Source: Octopus bimaculoides
Lineage: Eukaryota
Reading direction: 5' to 3'
Assembly (NCBI RefSeq): GCF_001194135.2
Contig: NC_068981.1
Coordinates: 88,168,889 to 88,214,733, forward strand
Length of the DNA stretch: 45,845 nt
Shown here: positions 36,664 to 45,845 of the stretch, one piece after another
Layout: every line of letters begins with the position of its first letter
Position numbering within the stretch: position 1 is the first letter of the stretch
Notes under the pieces: generated by a model
The model's input: the letters and a program-made list of their open reading frames with translations, nothing else
Databases searched by the model: none
Told to the model about the DNA's origin: nothing
Program-made: the position numbers and the translations under genes

Positions 36664-37124
36664 CAGACTGTCCTCATTTAACGACCGAGTTACGTTCCAA
36701 CAGCTCCGTCGTTAAGCAAATTCGTCATTAAACGAATATTCATAGGGTACGTATTTTTTTTTTATAGGTATAGTGTACTGTACGTACATATAAAAACAGA
36801 ATACCGTACTGTATAAAGTATATGCAGTACAGGGCCAAGAATCACTAACATAAATTGTTGAAAAATGAATAAGTAAAAGTAAGATTATCACAAGGAAAAC
36901 CTTTAAAGTTAGGATATGGATACTGTATACTTACGATGTCGGAGGGTGAGGCTGGGTGCTCGGGATGTGCTGCCATCACGATGGCAGTTCTCATACAGTG
37001 CACAATACGACAGTCAAAGTTTTCAAGTTTTTATATTTTGTAAAATAGGTAATGACGGCTTGTAAAGTTCGTCGTAACTCCGAGTGGTCGTTAAATAGGT
37101 AGGTCGTTAAATGAGGACAGTTTG
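36664..37124. mobile_element. Tigger/pogo-like MITE (TcMar), 461 bp
   Basis: 23-bp TIRs CAGACTGTCCTCATTTAACGACC / GGTCGTTAAATGAGGACAGTTTG (one mismatch); TA on both sides; subterminal GTCGTTAA repeats. Confidence 0.88.
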
Positions 37125-37950
37125 TATATATGGATGTGTTTGTGTGTGTATGTGGATGTGTGGATGCATGTATATATACTTGTGTGTGTGTGTGAGTGTG
37201 TGTGTGTGTGTATACATATATATATATATATATATATAAAATATATATAACATGTATATGCATATATACATACGTATATGTACATACTTACATCAAAATG
37301 TATATACATATCTGTGGGCACAGGATGTCATGGAATGTAAACAACACAAAAAAATGAAAACATGAGATACAAAATACGAATACATGTAATATGAACTTTT
37401 TTTTGCAACAACGAAAGAAACAAATGGAAAACAAGACAAGTAACATAACAAATGACCCTTCATCAATTGTCAGCTGTTTTTCTAATCCGTATTTCAAGCA
37501 ATTCAATGACAAGATACACCTTCGATAAAGCAGTTGCTCCCGCAAAAGCCAATTAAATCAAATTTGGGATCTTACGGAGTCAAAATTGGTAACAAAAACA
37601 GAACAGTGAAAACAAAAATATATATATATACATACAACTATGTGCATATAAATATAAACAGACTAACATTTGTTTTTTGTAAGTGTTGAAATGTGTATTG
37701 TAAGATAAAAATATAATGATAATGTTTTTTGGAACACAGAAACGCCATTAGAACAGCAGAAATATTGGGTAAATTACCCTTACAAAGTGGAAAAATTTGT
37801 CAACAAACAGTCAATGGTAAAGCACTTGGCTTGAGTCTTCAAGGGATGGTAGTTCAAGTCCCATCATTGTTTGTTGACAAGTTTGTAAATGTAATTTACC
37901 CAATATTTCTGCTATTTTAACAGTGTTTCTGCATTCAAAAATAAATTATC

Positions 37951-38029
<79 letters not shown>

Positions 38030-38912
38030 NNNNNNNNNNNNNNNNNNNNNNNNNNNNNNNNNNNNNNNNNNNNNNNNNNNNNNNNNNNNNNNNNNNNNNN
38101 NNNNNNNNNNNNNNNNNNNNNNNNNNNNNNNNNNNNNNNNNNNNNNNNNNNNNNNNNNNNNNNNNNNNNNNNNNNNNNNNNNNNNNNNNNNNNNNNNNNN
38201 NNNNNNNNNNNNNNNNNNNNNNNNNNNNNNNNNNNNNNNNNNNNNNNNNNNNNNNNNNNNNNNNNNNNNNNNNNNNNNNNNNNNNNNNNNNNNNNNNNNN
38301 NNNNNNNNNNNNNNNNNNNNNNNNNNNNNNNNNNNNNNNNNNNNNNNNNNNNNNNNNNNNNNNNNNNNNNNNNNNNNNNNNNNNNNNNNNNNNNNNNNNN
38401 NNNNNNNNNNNNNNNNNNNNNNNNNNNNNNNNNNNNNNNNNNNNNNNNNNNNNNNNNNNNNNNNNNNNNNNNNNNNNNNNNNNNNNNNNNNNNNNNNNNN
38501 NNNNNNNNNNNNNNNNNNNNNNNNNNNNNNNNNNNNNNNNNNNNNNNNNNNNNNNNNNNNNNNNNNNNNNNNNNNNNNNNNNNNNNNNNNNNNNNNNNNN
38601 NNNNNNNNNNNNNNNNNNNNNNNNNNNNNNNNNNNNNNNNNNNNNNNNNNNNNNNNNNNNNNNNNNNNNNNNNNNNNNNNNNNNNNNNNNNNNNNNNNNN
38701 NNNNNNNNNNNNNNNNNNNNNNNNNNNNNNNNNNNNNNNNNNNNNNNNNNNNNNNNNNNNNNNNNNNNNNNNNNNNNNNNNNNNNNNNNNNNNNNNNNNN
38801 NNNNNNNNNNNNNNNNNNNNNNNNNNNNNNNNNNNNNNNNNNNNNNNNNNNNNNNNNNNNNNNNNNNNNNNNNNNNNNNNNNNNNNNNNNNNNNNNNNNN
38901 NNNNNNNNNNNN

Positions 38913-38978
<66 letters not shown>

Positions 38979-39560
38979 AATACACACACACACGCATACA
39001 CACACGGACACACATGCACACACACTCATAATTGATAAAGAGAGGAAAGAAACAAAAACGGAGAAGCTGAAAGAATGTATAAAACAATAGAATTATCCTG
39101 TTTGGACCTGAGCAAGGAGGGAAAAAAAACTGAAGGAGAGAAGAGGTGCCTGTTGGGTTGTAGGTGGAATGGATGAGTTGGAAATGCGAGAAATGGGGGG
39201 AGGGAGGAGGGGAGGAAGATTATTGGGGAGAAAGTTTTTGTTTGTTGGAAAGGATAATAAATTGTTGTGCCATGACAAATGTATAGAAGTTGTCTGAAAG
39301 TTGAAGATGCATATGTCTGTCTGTCAGTCTGTTTGTCAGTCTGTCTTCCTTTCTTTCCATAAACATGTATTTATTCATAGCATGTACATGCATATATTTA
39401 TACATATATACACACATGCATGCANNNNNNNNNNACACACACACACACACAGACACACACAGAAAAATATACATATATATGCATATATATGTATAATATA
39501 TAAATATGTATGCATATATATATATGCATCTGTATACCTATCTATCTATCTATATATATT

Positions 39561-39603
<43 letters not shown>

Positions 39604-40719
39604 GCATAGATACATATACACACACAGGCATGTACGTATTTGCACACATATTCACACATGCATATTATAGAATAGTCACATATTCACACCAGTACACCAA
39701 TACACACATACACACACAAATCTCTCCCCCTTTCTCTCTACATACATGCATGTCTGTATGTGTGTATTTGAATATATTTGCATATGGGCACATTTTATTT
39801 GCTATATATATTGAAAATGAAGAAAACCTCTAGCTTTTCTTGCCCCCCCTCCCACCACCACCACCGTTGGCAATAACCTACCTCCCCTTCTTCCACCTTC
39901 TCTAATTTTGTTTGTTTTTCATTTCCTTTTCTTTTTTTTTCACATCAACTTATGCTTTTCATAATTCCTCCTACATGGGCACATTCCTTGTCTCTCACTG
40001 CTTACCCTTTCCTTCTCCTTACTATCATCATCATCATCATCATCAATATTATTGTTGTTGTTATTATCATTATTATTTATTACTTCTTACAGCCCCCCCT
40101 CTCCCCTNNNNNNNNNNNNNNNNNNNNNNNNNNNNNNNNNNNNNNNNNNNNNNNNNNNNNNNNNNNNNNNNNNNNNNNNNNNNNNNNNNNNNNNNNNNNN
40201 NNNNNNNNNNNNNNNNNNNNNNNNNNNNNNNNNNNNNNNNNNNNNNNNNNNNNNNNNNNNNNNNNNNNNNNNNNNNNNNNNNNNNNNNNNNNNNNNNNNN
40301 NNNNNNNNNNNNNNNNNNNNNNNNNNNNNNNNNNNNNNNNNNNNNNNNNNNNNNNNNNNNNNNNNNNNNNNNNNNNNNNNNNNNNNNNNNNNNNNNNNNN
40401 NNNNNNNNNNNNNNNNNNNNNNNNNNNNNNNNNNNNNNNNNNNNNNNNNNNNNNNNNNNNNNNNNNNNNNNNNNNNNNNNNNNNNNNNNNNNNNNNNNNN
40501 NNNNNNNNNNNNNNNNNNNNNNNNNCTCTCCTTACATTATCTTCCCATCACCAACTTTTCTCTCTCTCTGTATCCCTCTTTATTTATGTGCGCACGTGTG
40601 TGCGTCTGTGTGTGTTTGTGTATGTGTGTGTGTTTGGTGTATATATTCCAACTCTGGGGGCTCCATTCCTTCAGTTAGTTTTCAGTAGTCCTCCCATCAA
40701 CAAACAGCACCAGCACCCA

Positions 40720-41340
40720 CAGCAGTAGCAGCGGCAGCAACAACAGAAGCAACAGCAGCTACAGTGCCATCAGTATCATTAACCTTTCCCCTTCCTCCTT
40801 CTCCTCTTCAAATCCCCCCCACCTCCCTCACCCCCTCCCTCTCATTATTTTCCTTCCCTCTTCCTTGTGGGCTTGGTCGTCATCATCATCATCATTATCC
40901 TATCCTGCTGACTGCAGCACCCACTGCCACCACCACCACCTCCGTCATCATCATCATCATCAATGCCATCCATTGTCAACCCAGCATCATTATTATCATC
41001 ATTATCTATAACCCAGCCATCTATAACATCTTCACCACCACCACTACCAACACCACCACCACCACCACCACCACCACCACCATCACCATTGCTGCTGCTG
41101 CCACCCCCGCTACTGCTACTATCATCATCATCATCTTCATCATCATCACCTCTGCTGCTACCACTGCCGACACCGGTATCACTGTACAAACCTTCTGGAA
41201 GTACCACTGCTGCTGTCACTAGCACCACCACCACCACCACCACCATCATCATTGTAGATCCTCCTGGAACCATCACCACCACCACTGCCACTGTCGCCGC
41301 TGTCATCACCACCATCACCATCACCGCTACCAATATTAGT
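40720..41340. repeat. Degenerate CAG/CAC/CAT/CTG trinucleotide low-complexity tract
   Basis: All frames give homopolymeric pseudo-peptides. Confidence 0.85.
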
Positions 41341-41644
41341 GCTTCAGTTCTGTTTATTATCAGACAGCTAGCATCATCTTAATCATTGTCTCACCCGGGA
41401 GCAACAAATGAACAACTGGGGTTTTAGACTGACACTTTGGACAAGTTTTTTTATCTCTCTTTCCCCATCATTTTTCTTATCTCAGCTGATTAGATTAAAC
41501 CAACTCAGTCGACCAATTAATTAATCAGTTGACCGGGCAATTAATTAATTAAACAATTAAGTTTACCAATCCAATTAACCAATCATGTTTCTCAACACTG
41601 CCAGGTGGGATATATCCATGTCTATTTTATATAATATATATGCA

Positions 41645-41727
<83 letters not shown>

Positions 41728-42197
41728 NNNNNNNNNNNNNNNNNNNNNNNNNNNNNNNNNNNNNNNNNNNNNNNNNNNNNNNNNNNNNNNNNNNNNNNNN
41801 NNNNNNNNNNNNNNNNNNNNNNNNNNNNNNNNNNNNNNNNNNNNNNNNNNNNNNNNNNNNNNNNNNNNNNNNNNNNNNNNNNNNNNNNNNNNNNNNNNNN
41901 NNNNNNNNNNNNNNNNNNNNNNNNNNNNNNNNNNNNNNNNNNNNNNNNNNNNNNNNNNNNNNNNNNNNNNNNNNNNNNNNNNNNNNNNNNNNNNNNNNNN
42001 NNNNNNNNNNNNNNNNNNNNNNNNNNNNNNNNNNNNNNNNNNNNNNNNNNNNNNNNNNNNNNNNNNNNNNNNNNNNNNNNNNNNNNNNNNNNNNNNNNNN
42101 NNNNNNNNNNNNNNNNNNNNNNNNNNNNNNNNNNNNNNATAAAGAATTAAAAAAAAAAAGCAAAATAAGAAAAAAAACTTATGTGAACTACCATGAC

Positions 42198-42233
<36 letters not shown>

Positions 42234-42929
42234 ATTTGCAATATGATCCTCCCAAGTAACAAAAATATGTATTTCATTTTTCTTTCTATTGTTTTTTTTT
42301 AATATTTATTTTGTATTAAATTTTATTTACTCATTTATATTCTTAGTTTAGAAAATTACCTTGCTGTTTCTTCCCGCTACTTAAGCAAACATGCATACAC
42401 AAACAACAATAACAACAACAATAACAACAAATACAACAAAATGTTCTTATTGAAGAGAGGTGAAGATGATAATGATGAAAATGAAACTGGAAAAGGAAAT
42501 TAATATCTCCAGTAACTGTCTGATAAGTTTCGCTTTATACAAGTGGCATGGACCATAAAAAGCAACATCATTATTATCATTGTTAAAATCATTATTGTTG
42601 TTACTGGGTTTGTTATTGTTTGTTGTTGTTATTTTTATCTAATTTAATTTTCTTTTTCCTAATTTGATGTCTGTCTACCTCTACCACCCATACATTTTAT
42701 GTGATCTTGTCACCTCCATCAGTACCCCTGTAGTAAATAAAACAAATCCTCGTTACTATTATTATTATTATTATTATTATTAGTAGTAGTAGTAGTAGTA
42801 GTTTTAGTAGTAGTAGTAGTAGCAGCAGCATTGATTTGTTTCCGCATTTAATCAGTGAGGATTAATGAATGGATACATGTTAAAGTTTGTCCCCAAGTGC
42901 CAATTTTGTACCCCTGTTACATATCGAAT

Positions 42930-45780
42930 TCAAATCCTGTGTTTTGACTTATATTGATCTCAGGGAGGTTAAAAACCCAGATAAGTACCAGTAATTATAA
43001 CTGAGGGTCAATTCAACTGACCTAACTTCCCTCCACCTCTTTCCCACATGTTGATCCATTGGCAGTAATCACTAGTGAATCAGTTTAAATTGCACCTGAA
43101 TCAACTTTGCATTGCATCCCTCTGGGGTCGATAAAGTTAAGTATCAGTCTAGCACTTGGGTTGATAGTTATCAACTAATGCCCATCCCCACTCCTTTAAA
43201 ATTGATGGTCTTGTGCCACAATCAAAAACGATAAGTGAATCATTATAATTGTTTTGTGATTATTGCACAAAAGTAAATAAGTAGAATAGAATAAAATCAA
43301 ATTGTTATTGAAAGTTGCCTGGCAGAGACAGGAGTATGATGAAGTAAACAAATATGCTTTTTTGATATTTCAATTTTGTTTTTCTTTTCCCTCTCTATCC
43401 TGATTTCAAATCTTGCCCGAGTTCACTTTATCTTTCATCTCTTTCGTCAATAAAATATGTATTGAGTTGATCCGGTACACTTATACCAGCCTTCTAAGCA
43501 TTTGTGATTTAGTATCAGTCTTAAGAATCTTTATGATCAACATTTACATTATTATTAATATTATTGTCGCTATCATGTGTTTACAACAGAAACATGTCGA
43601 GTTTCATATTGCACTACTTGTTGCACCTCAGGGTTTTTTAGGGCATGTGCAGCATTGTATTTCACGGATGTAGAATTGTGTTTTTGTAACTGCATCTATC
43701 GTTGTTGTGGATCGGAAAGAATTGATTTAGTGTTTGCGAAAATGCTTTATACTAATTATTCCAGCTCTTTACATTCTGAGTTGAAATCCTGCTAAGGTCA
43801 ACTTTGCCTTTCATACTGAGGTCAGTTTAATTGACTAACCCTCTCGCTCAAATCTCATGCCCAGTGTCTATATTAAAACATTATTACTTTAATTATTATT
43901 GTTGTATTTTGGGATGGTCATTTTTTTTCTCCAAGTAAAATACATGCACTATGTATTTGTTCTTCATTCATTTATTACTATTCTTATTTTAATTCAAGTC
44001 CGTTGTCAGGAGATCTTTTTTCACACATCTGTGACCTCTTCAGTGACACTTTCTGCCTTTGTGTGTAATTATTGTTGTATTATTATTAAGGTAGCAAGCT
44101 GGTAGAATCTGGCATTATGTCCTGTGTTCAAATACTGCCAAGGTTAACTTTGCCTTTCATCCTGATGGCTGAAAGTACCAGTTAATTAATTACTAACTTA
44201 TTCTCTGAAATCTCATGTCTAGTGCCTATATCAAAACATTATTACTGTAATTATTATTATTATATCATTATTATTAAGGTGGTGAACTGGTAGAATCATT
44301 AATGCACTGGACAAAGTGCTAAGTAGCATTTCTTCCGGCATTATGTTCTGAGTTCAAATGCTGCTGAGGCCAGCTTTGCCTTTCATCCTTTCAGAGTTGA
44401 TAAAATAAGTACCAATTGAGTACAGGGGTCAATATAATCAACTTGCACTCTCTCAAAATTGCTGGCCTTGTGCCTATGGTAGAAAGGATTCTTCTTCTTC
44501 TTCTTCTTCTTCTTCTTCTTCTTTCTTTATTTCTTTCCTTCTTTCTTCTTCTTCTTCTTCTTCTTCTTCTTCTTCTTCTTCTTCTTCTTCTTCTTTTTCT
44601 TCTTCTTCTTCTTCTTCTTCTTCTTCTTCTTCTTCTTTTTCTTCTTCTTCTTCTTNNNNNNNNNNNNNNNNNNNNNNNNNNNNNNNNNNNNNNNNNNNNN
44701 NNNNNNNNNNNNNNNNNNNNNNNNNNNNNNNNNNNNNNNNNNNNNNNNNNNNNNNNNNNNNNNNNNNNNNNNNNNNNNNNNNNNNNNNNNNNNNNNNNNN
44801 NNNNNNNNNNNNNNNNNNNNNNNNNNNNNNNNNNNNNNNNNNNNNNNNNNNNNNNNNNNNNNNNNNNNNNNNNNNNNNNNNNNNNNNNNNNNNNNNNNNN
44901 NNNNNNNNNNNNNNNNNNNNNNNNNNNNNNNNNNNNNNNNNNNNNNNNNNNNNNNNNNNNNNNNNNNNNNNNNNNNNNNNNNNNNNNNNNNNNNNNNNNN
45001 NNNNNNNNNNNNNNNNNNNNNNNNNNNNNNNNNNNNNNNNNNNNNNNNNNNNNNNNNNNNNNNNNNNNNNNNNNNNNNNNNNNNNNNNNNNNNNNNNNNN
45101 NNNNNNNNNNNNNNNNNNNNNNNNNNNNNNNNNNNNNNNNNNNNNNNNNNNNNNNNNNNNNNNNNNNNNNNNNNNNNNNNNNNNNNNNNNNNNNNNNNNN
45201 NNNNNNNNTGCCTATAGTAGAAAGGATTATTATTATTATTATTATTTTGAGAATTGTAGTTGAGTGACAGAAATAGGTAAAAGCATGACACTTTATTAAT
45301 TCTTGGCATTATTTTTTTGATTTTCTGGATTCAAATTCCACCAGGATCTTTCTGGGGTTGATGGAAATAAATATTCTCAAGTACTGAAGTTGATCTATTT
45401 GACTATCCCCTCTCTGAAAATTTGTATAAATTATTACTGTGGAACAAAATGCTTAGTGGCATTTCTTCCAGTTTTACATTTTGAGTTCAAATGCCACCAA
45501 GGCTGACTTTGTCTTTCATCCTTTCACTGTTGATAATAGGTACCAGTTGAGCACTGGGGTCAACGTTATTAACTAGCCCTTTTCCCCAAAATTTTAGGCT
45601 TGCCTTTACGTTCTGAGTTCAAATTCCACCGAGGTCGACTTTGCCTTTCATCCTTTCGGGGTCGATTAAATAAGTACCAGTTACGCACTGGGGTCGATGT
45701 AATCGACTTAATCCGTTTGTCTGTCCTTGTTTGTCCCCTCTATGTTTAGCCCTTTGTGGGCAATAAAGAAATAATAATAA
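42930..45780 (+). mobile_element. Run of about 7-8 co-oriented Deu/Nin-type SINE copies separated by (ATT)n and (CTT)n; the last copy (about 45600-45775) is best preserved
   Basis: The GCCTTTCAT...AAGTACCAG domain recurs at about 42950, 43130, 43800, 44150, 44375, 45350, 45510 and 45640. The last copy reads GAGGTCGACTTTGCCTTTCATCCTTTCGGGGTCGATTAAATAAGTACCAG. Confidence 0.75.
44490..44655. repeat. (CTT)n microsatellite running into a gap
   Basis: Directly visible; it explains the poly-L and poly-K ORFs. Confidence 0.95.
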
Positions 45781-45845
45781 TAATAATAATAATTATTATT
45801 ATCATTATTGTTCAGTAGTTTTATTTTTATAACGTGCTTTCACTT

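Noticed and set aside
40764-41382. Poly-T/P/G/D ORFs resembling mucin or low-complexity proteins
   Set aside because: Trinucleotide-repeat DNA is open in several frames on both strands. There is no domain and no splice support.
43577-43795. Cys-rich 72-aa ORF (CRVSYCTTCCTSG...CFCNC...CC) resembling a toxin or Ly6 peptide
   Set aside because: No signal peptide, the Ly6 CCxxDxCN motif is absent, TG-rich DNA readily yields Cys, and the ORF ends inside a SINE.

Overview
This is eukaryotic, AT-rich, microsatellite-dense draft-scaffold DNA with about a dozen N gaps. The repeat families point to an octopod cephalopod (Octopus-like); that is an inference from SINE/LINE motifs, not a database hit. 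I find no intact, recognisable host gene, and no rRNA, CRISPR or prokaryotic system. Most ORFs in the track are artefacts of N runs or simple repeats. The window is mostly layered transposon debris: (i) three co-oriented 5'-truncated R4/Dong-type retrotransposons (RLE endonuclease) interleaved with opposite-strand Deu/Nin-type SINEs in a (TAA)n nest at 5.9-8.4 kb; (ii) near-identical young RTE LINE 3' ends plus older RTE relics; (iii) a decayed L1/Tx1 LINE at 19.8-21.8 kb; (iv) Tc1 and mariner transposase relics; (v) hAT, Tigger/pogo-like and TTAA (piggyBac-like) MITEs; (vi) an orphan LTR; (vii) many tRNA-derived SINEs. The best leads are the (TAA)n nest, a 153-bp fold-back hairpin, a 24-bp minisatellite grown from the RTE 3' UTR, and four unverified minus-strand exon candidates that could belong to a long-intron host gene. 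I do not claim a new biological system.
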